64,000 nt of DNA from Octopus vulgaris (lineage: Eukaryota): the NCBI GenBank assembly GCA_951406725.2, contig OX597820.1, positions 14,322,001-14,386,000 of the forward strand, read 5' to 3'. Each line of letters begins with the position of its first letter. Position 1 is the stretch's first letter. This document shows, piece by piece, positions 25,572 through 39,132 of this stretch. The notes under the pieces were generated by a model, which worked only from the letters and a program-made list of their open reading frames with translations, was not told where the DNA came from and did no database searches. The position numbers were made by a program, and so were the translations under genes.

Positions 25572-25580
<9 letters not shown>
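24965..25580. repeat. Long inverted repeat (~260-bp arms, ~97-bp spacer) of Penelope-like termini, each with a hammerhead motif, ending in (TA)n
   Basis: 24965-25224 is the reverse complement of ~25322-25580. The HHR at 25035-25082(-) has an intact core; the one at 25463-25510(+) is mutated. Confidence 0.85.
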
Positions 25581-25632
<52 letters not shown>

Positions 25633-25758
25633 ATATATATTGTTATATTTCGGAATGGCCATATTGCCAGTTTAGCCAATAAAAACACACACACTATATA
25701 TTTGGTGTTATTTTGCTTCAGTGTTATTTATTTTTTACATTAATCTTAATCTTATTTC

Positions 25759-25802
25759 GGCCAGAGTTCTTTCGTCACACTCCTGTGACCGCATCAGTGG
25801 TC
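25759..25802 (-). ncRNA. Degenerate type-I hammerhead motif
   Basis: gacca CTGATGC g gtcac-aggagt-gtgac GAAA gaac TC tggcc. Confidence 0.5.
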
Positions 25803-26448
25803 CTTTGTTTTCTTCTTTCTTATTTGTGTATCTCCTTACTAACCGTCAGCCATTTTGTATTTCTATTGTATGTCTTCATTTGCGCATGCTTATATCTCTA
25901 TGTGCGTCTATGTTTATTTAGTGTGTGTGTGGTGGATGCCTGTATTATTTGTATCTTCTGTTTATATATGTTCATGTAATTTGTATTTTGTTTTTTTGTT
26001 TTTGTTGTTTTTGTTTATTCTTATTTTGTTCATGTGTTTACATCCACTTATTATTATCATTACATATGCTTGTATGTATGTATGTATGTATAACAACAAT
26101 ACTAGTAATAATAATAATAAATCGAATAAAAAAAAAAATATATATATATTGGCTGACTGCTAGCCCTTTTGTGTCTGACCATGGTTACTACCACATCGAT
26201 ATTCTTCCCTCTGCTGTAAGGCTTTATTTCCACACACACCAGCTGAATTCAGTTCATCCCCAGTCAAAAGATGCCTGTTTTTATGTCCTGTTATTATTAT
26301 TATTATTGTTATTTTTATTGTATTTTTGTATTTATATTCGTGTAACATCATCTGTTTTTCCGTCCATGTTTTAGTATACATTCGATGCTTTTTTCTAAGG
26401 AATCTAATGCTCTTAGCTTAGTTTTTCCTTGGGGTTGGCCAGATTGGA

Positions 26449-26514
26449 GCAATCTCAAGATTAATCAGCCGAAATTGCAAGGATGATCTGGTTCTTGACT
26501 GAAGATAAAATGCT
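26449..26514 (+). ncRNA. Non-circularly permuted hammerhead-like motif
   Basis: gcaa TC tcaaga ..agcc GAAA ttgc ...tcttga CTGAAGA. Stem III gcaa/ttgc and stem I tcaaga/tcttga; stem II is weak. Confidence 0.55.
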
Positions 26515-27208
26515 TCGAATGACCCATCCTTGTTTTTTTGTATCATCTATCTGGATGTTTTGTTGTCCCTTTTTGTATCACCTATTTGTCCAGATGTTTT
26601 GCGTTCTTTTCCCATTTTGTATAAACAAACGTATACACACACACTCGCACACATACACACACATATATACATGCACATATGCACACATATACACATGCAC
26701 ATATACACACACACACACATCACCAACTCTTGCCTGACCCACTCCTATTCTCCTTTATCTCATCCAAAGGTAAATTCTCCATTGACTGCATTCACCTCTC
26801 TACTCAAATTTCCGTCTACCAAATCCACTCACAAGGCTTTGGTCGGTCCGAGGCTATAGTTGAAGACACTTGCCCAAGGTGCCATGCAGTGGGACTGAAC
26901 TCGGAATCATGTGGTTCGTAAGCAAGTTACTTACCCCACAGCCACTCCTATGCCTATATATATGTATGTATATGTATGTGTGTGTGTGTGTGTGTGGAGG
27001 TGCAATGGCCCAATGGTTAGGGCAGCAGATTCGCAGTCGTAGGATCGTGGTTTCGATTCCCAGACCAGGTGTTGTGAGTGTTTATTGAGCGAAAACACCT
27101 AAAGCTCCACGAGGCTCCAGCAGGGGTGGGTGGTGATCCCTGCTGTACTCTTTTGTCACAACTTTCTCTTTCTTCTGTTGGCCTGTTTGCTTAGCCAGCA
27201 TGGTCATG

Positions 27209-27246
<38 letters not shown>

Positions 27247-27290
27247 CAGTGTATAGATATTTGTCCTCATCTTGTTCGAAATTCCACCAG

Positions 27291-27336
27291 AACACCTGAT
27301 GAAGGCTGGAGAGTAAATCAGCTGAAACGTTGTGGT
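27291..27336 (+). ncRNA. Type-I hammerhead motif (minimal, ACGU palindromic stem III)
   Basis: aacac CTGATGA a ggctg..cagct GAAA cg TT gtggt. Confidence 0.7.
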
Positions 27337-27429
27337 AACAACAAACCAGATGAGGACACTTGTCCATCCATTGTAAATTATGTATGTAATTCCTCATCCC
27401 CAAAATATAGAATAGAAAAATGGCAATGA

Positions 27430-28075
27430 TGGTTTGTATGTTCCCAATGAGGATACTGGTGACAATATCATGATGACGATTGATGATGACATTCAAGATG
27501 ACAATGTTGACAATGAGGAGGAGGACGATGATGAAGAGGAGGTTGAAAACAAGGATGACGACAACAATGATCATGATCATAATGATGATGATGATGATGA
27601 CGACAATGACGATGATGATGATAACAACATTGATGACTTACTTCATGATGATGACAGATGAAGATGAAGATGATGAAGGACAGGATGAGATGAAGATGAA
27701 GATGATGAAGGACAGGATGAGATGAAGAGGAAGGGAAGGTGGCAGAAGAAGATGAAGAGGAGAAGGGGATTTGAAGCTAGAGGACAAGAAGGGGGAAGAG
27801 GATGACAATGATGACGGCGATTTCTATTATGATGACAATGATAGTGATAATAACAATGATGAAGATGATGATGATGACGATGATGATGATGGCAATGGTA
27901 ACAAAGATGGTGATGATGATAATGCTGATGATGAGGACGATGACAATGATAATGACGATTGCAGTAATAATGACAATCATGATGATAACGACAACAATGG
28001 CAAAGATGATGACGATGATGGTGATGGTGATATTGGTGGTGGCGGTGGTGGTAGTGGTGGTGGTGAGCACAGTAT
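27430..28075. repeat. (GAT/GAC/GGT)n microsatellite field
   Basis: Direct reading. Confidence 0.95.
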
Positions 28076-28113
28076 ATCTAAACGATAGCATAATAACCCT
28101 AACTGCACTGACA

Positions 28114-28178
<65 letters not shown>

Positions 28179-28216
28179 CACACTGATGTCTCATTTTTTT
28201 TTCTTTTTGATTACAG

Positions 28217-28313
28217 AGCAACAAGAACAGACGAACAATAAACGAGTGAGGACAATTTGACGATCGATGTTCACTTGATTTTCCTCACATAAAATCTTAT
28301 TGTTCCTTTTTAT
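28217..28313 (+). other. Candidate non-coding (UTR or lncRNA) exon
   Basis: Unique 97-nt island with acceptor ttttttttctttttgattacag| and donor |gtaagt. Stops in all three frames. Confidence 0.35.
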
Positions 28314-28446
28314 GTAAGTATCTATCTATCTATATATGTATATATATATATACATTTATCTATCTATCTATCTATCTATATATACATTTATCTATCTATC
28401 TATCTATCTATATATATATATATCTTTATCTATCTATTTATCTATG

Positions 28447-28478
<32 letters not shown>

Positions 28479-28679
28479 TATGTGCATATATATGTATTTT
28501 TCTATGTATATATATTTCTTTTTTGGTTATTATTTTTCGTGTCTATTGCTGATTCAAGCTTTCATCCACATTATTGTTTTATCTACACCAATATTAAAAC
28601 ATCAGTCAACTGATTTGACCTGATATGTGGACTTTATATTAACAACATCAAACAAATATTCAAAAGGCAAGGCAGCAGT

Positions 28680-29121
28680 ATACATACGTACATGCATATA
28701 TATACACACATATACATACATATATATATATATATATATGTGTATATATATATATATATATGTGTGTGTGTATATATATATACACACACATATATATCTG
28801 AATACGTAATTACATACACGTACATACAAATGTGTACCTATATACTGAGATGTATGCATATATATATACATACACACACAATGAAATACGCTGGTATAAA
28901 AGCTTAAATACAAACTTTCACATACGTTTATATATGTGTGTATATATACGCATGTACATTTATAGAGATAAATCGATAAATAACATATATATATACGTAT
29001 ATGTATATATTTGCATGTGTATATATATATATATACACACACACATATATATATAAGTATATATATACATAGGTATGTATTTATATATACATGTATGCAT
29101 GCATATTATATATATATACAC

Positions 29122-29152
<31 letters not shown>

Positions 29153-29276
29153 TATATGCAATAATATACATATATATATATACATGTGTGTGTGAGTGTG
29201 TGCGCATTATGTATATAAATATATGCACTGTGTACAAAAGTATGTATGTATACATGCATGCAGGTAAATATGTATG

Positions 29277-29329
<53 letters not shown>

Positions 29330-29684
29330 CAAATATACATATATACATATATATATATATGCACATATATATATTATGCATATATATATAGATACATCTA
29401 CATATGTGCATGCATTCATATATGTGTATGTATTTGTGTGTGTATGAATATATAGTCATCCACACACATACATACCTATACATATGTACATATCTATAAC
29501 AATCTATGTACCTATATACATATATATAGATAGATAGATATACGTATACATATATGTGTGTATATATATGTATGTGCATATCTATGTATATTTATATATG
29601 CATATGTGTGTAGATGCATATATGTTTATTAAACATACAGACATTATCTATATTTACATTATATATGTATACATACACACATAC

Positions 29685-29737
<53 letters not shown>

Positions 29738-29778
29738 ATGCATACACACACACATATATATATATATATACATACATA

Positions 29779-29858
<80 letters not shown>

Positions 29859-29859
29859 C

Positions 29860-29922
<63 letters not shown>

Positions 29923-29932
29923 TACATACATA

Positions 29933-29963
<31 letters not shown>

Positions 29964-30015
29964 CACACACATATATTTATGGATACATGTAGGTATACAA
30001 ATATAAATATATCTA

Positions 30016-30050
<35 letters not shown>
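28680..30050. repeat. (TA)n/(CA)n/(TACA)n low-complexity field
   Basis: Direct reading. Confidence 0.95.
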
Positions 30051-30054
<4 letters not shown>

Positions 30055-30157
30055 AATAAAAAGAAGGAAAAAACAATGTTACTAAATAACAAATATTGAT
30101 CATGCAATTTTCAGACAAAAATAGTATAAAAGAAAGATGAACAAACAACAGAACAAC

Positions 30158-30159
<2 letters not shown>

Positions 30160-30209
<50 letters not shown>

Positions 30210-31222
30210 TAATAATAATAATAATGACAACAACAAATATTTATGAGAGTGATGGTAATGATGAGGTGGGGGGACAACAACAATGACAGTGATGATGACA
30301 ATGTTGATAATGGTGATTATGATGATAATGATGACAATGATAGCGTTGATGATGATGATAGTGATAATGTAGATGCTGACAATGGTCATGATGATGATGA
30401 AAATGATGGCAATGACGATGGTGATGATGATGACGATGATGGTGACGATTAAGATGGTGGTGACGGCAACGTAAATGCTGCTACTGTTGCTGCTGCTGAT
30501 GATCGTGAAGACAGCGACGATGATGATGACGATGATGATTTTGGTCATTATGATCATGATGATGATGGTGGTGGTGATGATGGTGATGATGATGATTTTG
30601 GTCATGATGATGATGATGATTTTGGTCATGATGATGATGATCGTGATGATGATGGTGGTGGTGATGGTCATGATGATGATGCTGATGATGATGATGGTGA
30701 AGTTGAGAGTGATGATGACACAACTACAGCTGTGATACTAAAAGAACAGAAGCAATGATAATGGCACCAACAACAACAACAACAACAATAATGGTAATAA
30801 TGGTAATAATAATAATGATAACGATGATGTAGATGATAATGATAATGATAACCTAATGTTACGGAATAACAAACATCGATAAACTAATATTTTATATCAA
30901 CAAACATCTGTGGTTTGCGAAAAATCACAGGAAACAGCAATAACTAATGATATGTACTCATGAATTTTCAAACAAACACGACGATAATGATAACACCAAA
31001 CAAACAGCAACAACAACAATAACAATAACTATAACAGCGATGACAACAACAGCAACAACAACAGTGATGATGGCAACGATGGTGATAATGATGATACAGA
31101 TGATGATTATAATGATGATGATGAGGAGGAGGATAATGATAATAATAATAATGATAAGGATAATGATAATGATAATAATAACGATGATGATGATGATAAC
31201 AATAATAATAATAATAATAATG

Positions 31223-31266
<44 letters not shown>

Positions 31267-31318
31267 GATGATGATGATAATAACAATAAGAATAATAATA
31301 ATAACGATAATAATAATA

Positions 31319-31352
<34 letters not shown>

Positions 31353-31353
31353 G

Positions 31354-31403
<50 letters not shown>

Positions 31404-31930
31404 GATGATGATGATAATAACAATAAGAATAATAATAAGAAGAAGAAGAACGATGATGTTGATGATAATAATAATAATGATAATAATGATGATGATTAGG
31501 ATGATAATAATAATGATAATAATAATAATAATTGATAATGATGATGATAGCAATAAGAATAATAACAGTAATAATAATAATGATGATGATGATGATGATA
31601 ATGATAATAATAACTAATAATAATAATGATGATAAAAACAATAAAAGTAATGATGGTCATGACCATGATATATTATAAGTAATAATAGTAATAATGAAAA
31701 TAATAATGATAATGGTAATAAGAAGAGTAGTAGCATTATCAGTAGTAGTAGTAGTATTAGTAGTAGTAGTAGCAACAGTAGTAGTAGTAACAACAACAAC
31801 AATAATAAAAACAATGACAACAACAGCAACAACAATGATAACAATAATAACAGCAAAAACAACAACAATGATGATAAAGACATCAACAACAACAACACTG
31901 ACAATAATAATAATAATAATAATAATACTA

Positions 31931-31964
<34 letters not shown>

Positions 31965-32215
31965 CAATAACAATAATAATAATAATAACAACAATGATAA
32001 AAACAACAACAACAACAGTAATAACAACAATAATGAAAACAAAAACAAACAAGAATGATGATAAAAACATCAACAACAGCAATAACAATAAAAAGAGCAA
32101 CAACAACAAAAGCAATAATAATAATAATAATAATCACAACAATAATGATAAAAACAGCAACAACAACAATAATAATAATGATGACAATAATAATAATAAT
32201 AACAATAACCGATAA
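30160..32215. repeat. (AAT/GAT/AAC/AGT)n microsatellite field
   Basis: Direct reading. Confidence 0.95.
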
Positions 32216-32574
32216 TGATGACAGATAAAATAAAATGCCAAAAAAGTGTGTTGTATGTAAGTAATAGATCGGATGTATATAATTTGCATTATCCCTCATA
32301 TTTCACTGTTTGTTGATGTTGTTGTCATTGTCATCGTTTGATTGGTCTTTTTTTTCAGATCTGCTGCTGCTGCTGCCGCCGTCGCCTCTCGGTGTTCAAG
32401 CTCTGTGTCTCTTCATTACCATTTATTGCTCAATTTAGCATTTACTTACCTCATCACTCCACCTGCTTCTCTATATCACTTTAAGTCACAGTTAGAGCTG
32501 GTGGTGGCAGTGGAGGTGGAGGTGGTGGTGGTGGTGGAGGTGCTGCTACTACTACTACTACTACTACTACTACA

Positions 32575-32612
<38 letters not shown>

Positions 32613-33181
32613 AGCTATGACCACCACTGCCACCACCTCCAGCATTTACATCACTTTCTTTTATTTTACTTGTTTCAGTCATTTAACTGTGGCCATGCTG
32701 GAGCACTGCCTTAAGTCAAGCAAATTGACCCCAGAGCTTATTCTTTGTAAACCTAATACTTATTTTATCGGTCTCCTTTGCCGAACCGCTAAGTTACGGG
32801 GACATAAATACACCAGCATCAGTTGTCAAGCGATGTTGGGGGGACAAACACAGACACACAAACATATACACACACACATATATATCTATATACATATACA
32901 TATATACGACAGGCTTCTTTCAGTTTCTGCCTACCAAATCCACTCAAGGCTTTGGTCAGCCTGAGGTTATACTAGAAGACACTTGCCCAAGGTGTTACGC
33001 AGTGGGACTGAACCCATGACCATGTGGTTGGTAAGCAAGCCACTTACCACACAGCCACTCCTACGCCTATCACTGTAAAATCTTCCTTAAACATGTATCT
33101 GATACTACTACTACTAATACTAATACTACTGCTATTACTACTAACTGCTTCTGCTGAAGGGAACAAGAGTGGAATATAAGA

Positions 33182-33214
<33 letters not shown>

Positions 33215-33530
33215 TTAAATTCCACTTTGGTCGACTTTGCCTTTCATCCTTTCAGGAATGGTAAATCAAGTACCAGTAAAACACTGGGGACGAGGTCGAT
33301 GTAAACTACTAGTTCCCTTCCCCAAAATGGCTGCCATTGTGGCAAAATTTGAAACCATCATTATCATTATTATTCTTTCAAATACCTCCGAGGTCGGCTT
33401 TGCTTTTCATCTTTTCGCAGTTGATGAAATAAGTATCATTTACATACTAGGGTCACTGTAATTGACTAGCACCACCACCCCCGATATTTCGGGACATGTG
33501 CTTTTAGTAGGAAGCACTATTGTTGTTATT

Positions 33531-34053
33531 GAGTGAGGGAGCAATGTATGCCATCAAAGTGACACTGGGGTACAAGTATATGAAGCCCAGCATGCCAATC
33601 ATGACTACCCATCTGATAAGGGTACACTAGGCACATGCATCACAACCATGTGTGTGCGACATGGTGATCTCATACCAAGATAAACAGCGTATTACCTTGC
33701 AGATGGGGCTCAGAATTTTCTTGAATGTTCTTGAATAAGGGTTGTTTAACGATGTTGAACAAAACACCCATGTTTCCAAAGGGGAATTATCAAAACCCCA
33801 AAGTTATCCTCTCAACACATGGCTATGATGCTCCCCAACTACTTCTGCTTATAATCAGAGATGCACATATCGTCAGCCACTAAGAGGCTCAACTGGTTAT
33901 GGTCAAACAACTGACAAGCAAATCTGTGGTATTGAGCAGAATATTTGCTGTAGCCCATCTTTTATACCAAGACAACACAATGTACATGATAACGCTTCCA
34001 ATCAGTTAAGATCAGAAGCTATGAAAGCCACTGTCTGGTACTTCATCAGGGCT
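33531..34053 (-). mobile_element. Unclassified interspersed repeat; its 5' part recurs at 6045-6133 (+)
   Basis: gcagtRccagRcagtggct.tcat...ttaactgat.ggaag.gttatcatgtacattgt.ttg.cttggtataaaaga is shared. Confidence 0.6.
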
Positions 34054-35111
34054 TGTTGTTATTGTTATTGTTGTTGTAATCAAAAAGTTCTTGAATGAGA
34101 GTTGTGGTGATGACAACAATGATGACGATGACTACAATGAGGATGATGATGATGATTGTGGTGGTTATGATGATGATGATAATGATGATGAAGATGATGG
34201 TGATGATGATTAGTGTGGTGGTTATAATGATGATGACAGTAGTAGTGGTGGTGGTGGTGGTGGTGACGACAACAACGATGACGACGATAATGATGATGAT
34301 TGTGGTGGTTATAATGATGACGACGATGATGACGACAGTAGTGGTGGTGGGTGGTGATAATGATGTTGACGATGATGGTGATGGTGGTGGTGCTAGTGGT
34401 GCTGGTGATGATGGTGATGATGATGACTATGACAATAATGATGATGATGATGATGATGACAATGCCAATGATGATGATGATGACGATGATGATGAGTGTG
34501 TGTGTTTCATTCCAGGCACAACCTGAGTTCCCGTTTTATTATTTTTTTTTTTTGTGAGGATTCCAAATTCTTCATATTTTCACATCAGTTTCTTTCTTAC
34601 ATTTTGTTTGCAATTATAAAGTTCCCTAAATCCATAAACAACATTTCCAGCCCCTCACAGCCTCATCTTCCAACACTAGAGACACAACTACTGATCAGTG
34701 CTGCTTCTTATAAAATGGTCAAATGTTTTTTTTTGTTTGTTTTTGTAGACATTTTATGCCAAAGATTTTCTGCCCGTTAGGCTTCCGTGTCAGCAGTAAC
34801 TTCTTAATTTGTTTTGTTGTGGTCAATGGAGATGTTAAATTTATTTCAGTTCTTGAATTTGAAGCTGAGAAGATCTAGAAACTAACTGCCAAAATATCTA
34901 ATACGAAAATAAGAAAAGTCTGTAATAAAAAAATGGTTATAGAACACGATCAGGTCTTTAGAGAAACATGTAAAAAATTAAAAATTGTTCCCCATACGTG
35001 TCAATTATCATCATCATCATCATCATCAGCGTTGTTGATGCAAGCTTTAGCTTCATTACTATGGCAACAGTCCAGATATTTATTGATCAGACCACATATA
35101 AGCATAGAGAC

Positions 35112-35157
<46 letters not shown>

Positions 35158-35279
35158 AACAGTTAGACCTACATGGGGTACAAAAAATAGAGAAAACTAA
35201 AGGGAGAAGTCAAGGTATTTTAAGTCCGACAGCTGTTTCTGGGAGCTCAGAATTATGTGATAGTTGTAACGTTCATAAT

Positions 35280-36000
35280 TGGAATGTACATGCTGTACTG
35301 CTTGACATTCACACCAGAAGCTCCAATACAAACATTTCAGAGTGTTTGTGTGTCAATCTGAGGACATGTACGGAGAGTGATAAAAATCAAACGTCCAGTG
35401 CAACATCATGGTGTTTGGAGTGATCACTAGTGATGGCAACATTATGAATACATTCATCTTTCCACACAGTCTCAGACACAACTCGGAAGCCTACATCAAG
35501 TGCCTGGAGGAGGTAGTGCTGTCCTGGGTCAAGAGGGTGGCTGCAAGAAGACCCTATGTCTGACAACAGGACTCTGCACTATGCCACACAAGCAGAAGAA
35601 CCCATTCATGGCTGCTGGCAGAAAATATGTGTGACCACATCACCCCTAACATCTGACAACCTAACTCCCCAGACTGTAACCCCCTTAATTATTATGTGTG
35701 AGGCATAGTTGAGTGAGAGAGACCAACAAAACTGTTTGTAATACCAAAGATGAGCTGAAGGCAAAGATTATGGCAGCATTCATCGACTTAAATAAAGAGA
35801 CCATCCAGAAGAGTTAGAGGAGATTCCAAAGCCTTTTGGAGGCCGTGGTTGACACCAATGGCGATTTTATTGAATAAATTTACTCTTTAGTATTTCAAGA
35901 TATTTCTATGTAATTTCGGTAAATATATCTGTTAAAATGAGATGTCAGCATTATTTTAATTTTTGCATAATTTAGACAACAGTTTATTCACCACACCCTG
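35280..36000 (+). mobile_element. maT-like (DD37D-type) Tc1/mariner transposase relic with right TIR
   Basis: IMVFGVITSDG...YIKCLEEVVLSWVKRVAARRPYV*QQDSALCHTS...I*QPNSPDCNPLNYYV*G. Ends with ...accacaccctg|TA. Confidence 0.88.
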
Positions 36001-36073
36001 TATACAGACACACACACACACGCACATATATACATACATAATTATATGCATATGTATACTTTTTTTTTTTTTT

Positions 36074-36154
<81 letters not shown>

Positions 36155-36529
36155 GCATATGTATTTACATGTTTATATACATATATGTAGATATATTTAT
36201 TCATTTGTTTGTTTTGCATTCATTTTTTTTTTCCATGCCAGCAGAGATGAGGCATTGTTTTGTAGATGGATGTCCTTCCTAACTTTCAAGTAATGGATTT
36301 TTTATTATTGTTCACAATATTGAAAGCACAGAGCTACAGAATGATTTGTTTGTTGGGAATATCAACAAATGTTTCTGTTATGTTTTGCTCAATGCTTTTG
36401 TGCAAGGATGCACAAAGTAAATATTCACACATTCACACAGTTCCACTGCGCACATACATACACGTAACATATACATATCTATAGCTATACTGTTATCATT
36501 ATCTATCAATATCCATCTATTTACCTATC

Positions 36530-37100
36530 TAACTAGCTATCTATCTATCTACCTACCTACCTGTCTATCTATTTATCTACTTACCTACCTATCTATCTAT
36601 TTATCTATCTATCTATCTACCTACCTATCTATTTATCTACCTACCTACCTAGCTATCTATTTATCTATCTATCTACCTACCTATCTATTTATCTACATGT
36701 CTATCTTTTTATCTATTTATCTACCTACCTATCTACCTATCTATTTATCTACCTACCTACCTAGCTATCTATTTATCTATCTATCTACCTACCTATCTAT
36801 TTATCTACCTGTCTATCTTTTTATCTATTTATCTACCTACCTACCTATCTATCTATTTATCTACCTACCTACCTATCTATCTATTTATCTACCTACCTAC
36901 CTATCTATTTATCTACCTATCTATCTATTTATCTACCTACCTACCTGTCTATCTATTCATCTACCTACCTACCTATCTATCTATTTATCTACCTACCTAC
37001 CTATCTATCTATTTATCTACCTACCCACCTACCTATCTATCTATCTGTCTATCTATCTACCTACCTACCTGTCTGTCTGTCTGTCTATCTACCTGTCTAT
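36530..37100. repeat. (CTAT/CTAC)n tetranucleotide tract
   Basis: Direct reading; source of ORF 36697..37182. Confidence 0.95.
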
Positions 37101-37104
37101 CTGC

Positions 37105-37697
37105 TTAGCTACACGGATCACAATTCCACATAGTCAGCTACACAGATCTCAAACTTGTGATGTGTATGCTAGACTTAGATAAGACACATAGGCAGGGTCC
37201 TGGGTACTGGAAACTAACACGTCTTTCCCATCAAGACAGGTTTTCAGAGACTGGATTAGCATGCTAGTAAAGAGGGCTTTGATGGGAGCCCTCATCAACA
37301 ACAAATAGTGGTTTGCCCTCAAGAGAGCAATAAAAGAAGAAGCAATTAGGTATAGCAAAGCACTAGCCATAGATAGAAACAGAGTAGAGGGTCACCTTGT
37401 TAAGAAGCAAGAAGAGGCGATTAGAAGTGGCATCATATCCGATGTCTTGGCTGCGAGGTTGGGCCCTTGACCAACACTTCAGCGCCAAACATGAAAAGTG
37501 TGCTGTCAGAGCTAGGATACATGCTCCAAGGAACGAAGGTGTTGGAGCCGTGCGAGAGGCCCGGGTGGCGGAGGCGCAACAGAGCAACAAAGCCACCATT
37601 CGGGCTCTGGTAGATGAACAGGGGTGTGAATTACTCGAGCCAAGTAAAATGTGTGAGGCCTTTCAACAGCATTTTGCCCGACTGTTCGGGACGAGTG
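37105..37697 (+). mobile_element. L1/Tx1-clade LINE ORF2 fragment (end of AP endonuclease plus linker)
   Basis: SYTD(H/L)KLV...RQGPGYWKL, then ...IRALVDEQG...MCEAFQQHFARLF. Contains frameshifts and stops. Confidence 0.8.
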
Positions 37698-38187
37698 TAC
37701 AAAACCACACACACACACGCGCACCGTAAAAGTTCATACATACATATACATACGCACAAGCACAAGAACATTTGGCGAAGGATGCAAGTGAAGATGTGTA
37801 TGTTTTTCAAGTGAGGGTGAATGAATGTATGCATACGCACGTGGGTGTGTGGGCACACATGTGTAGGCATGAACAGGTGCGCTTATGCGAATACTATGAA
37901 CTTTTTACCCCCTTACCTTACTTAGCGGTCATTCGAATAGCTCTTTTGACTTAATAGCGGTCAATAACACAGTAATTTCCCTTTGTATAACAGTCATTTT
38001 TCATAATGTTTTTTCCGATGGCCAGATAACTGAAGAGATGGTGGCATGGATTTCCACCTCGGCATCCGAAACTTAGAGTTTTATCTTAGCTACCGAATAA
38101 TTGTCACATATTACATTTACAGATAACTTCCTCTATTTACATAATATCGAGGTCTCTTTCTTTCTTTTGTTAATATACTGTTTTTAT

Positions 38188-38232
<45 letters not shown>

Positions 38233-38244
38233 CATATATATATA

Positions 38245-38631
38245 CTAGCAGTATAGCCCGGCATTGCTCGGGTTTGTCTTCTTTTCGACTCTTTAGAATT
38301 GGAATTTTTGAAAAGTAAAAATTTTGCATTATGTAGCTTGTTATTCTCTTTAAGTGAACATTTTTCTAGTTGAAATACACCAAAAAATGGCGACACAGCA
38401 GTAAAAAAATCATAAAAAATAGGGATTTTCATAGAAAAAAAGCACCTTTTTTTATGTAAATAATTTTTGGCCTTAACATGGTCTGATTTGAATTTTTTCT
38501 TTTACGGAATAAAGAGCAAACATTCTATCATACTTTCAATTTTGGTCAACTTGCACCGCAGGGTCTTTTAGTTGAAGGCTACCAAACCTGCCACACACAC
38601 ACACAGACAACTTCAGCTTTATATATATAGA
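38245..38631 (-). mobile_element. Non-autonomous Helitron (same family as 13510-13898)
   Basis: Reverse-complement match; TC...cccgagcaatgccgggc hairpin...CTAG. Confidence 0.85.
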
Positions 38632-38835
38632 TATATCTTCTATCTTTTCTCTTCTCAAAGAAAATATTTCTCCAGCATTCACTATTTTACCCTCATTCTG
38701 GTCTAACGACCCTCCATGCTTGTTTACATTTGGTTTCCCTGTATGTCTCCACTGTCCTGTTTTTACTCTTAACTTTGACTCTCCATAAATCCTAAATTTT
38801 ATTTTGGTAACTGTGGGAGCAACTGCCTTCAAAGA

Positions 38836-38898
38836 CTTATATTGTCATTCAGTGCTCGAAATGAGGAGCAGACTGGCAGCTGACAACTGATGAAGGGT
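38836..38898 (+). ncRNA. Non-circularly permuted hammerhead ribozyme candidate
   Basis: ctta TA ttgtca ttcagt gctc GAAA tgag ...15 nt... tgacaa CTGATGA a gggt. Stem III ctta/tgag, stem I ttgtca/tgacaa, stem II gctc/gggt. Confidence 0.7.
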
Positions 38899-39072
38899 TG
38901 TTCTTTGTGTTACTTGTCCTGTTTTCCATTTGTTTCTCTTGTTGTTGGCGTATTCAACTCATTTGTTTTTATATTTCATGTTGCTTATTCTTTGTGATGT
39001 CTTGTACTCATATATGCGTATCTCAAATTTTATTTAATTTGATTTTCGCAGGAAGGAACATTTCATTGAAGT

Positions 39073-39132
39073 CATGTATCGCCTTGACCTTCGAAACGTG
39101 GAGTAGATGAAATTAAGGCGACTGAAGAAGGG
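39073..39132 (+). ncRNA. Non-circularly permuted hammerhead ribozyme candidate
   Basis: catg TA tcgccttga ccttc GAAA cgtg ...12 nt... ttaaggcga CTGAAGA a ggg. Stem III catg/cgtg, stem I 9 bp, stem II ttc/ggg. Confidence 0.7.

Noticed and set aside
32235-32438. MPKKCVV.. THAP-like start spliced to ~32359
   Set aside because: The spliced product stops after ~33 aa and lacks the second Cys and later THAP motifs.
34030-34053. CTGATGA on the minus strand as a hammerhead core
   Set aside because: No matching GAAA or stems, and the paralogue at 6045 reads atgcagt, so this is a chance substitution.
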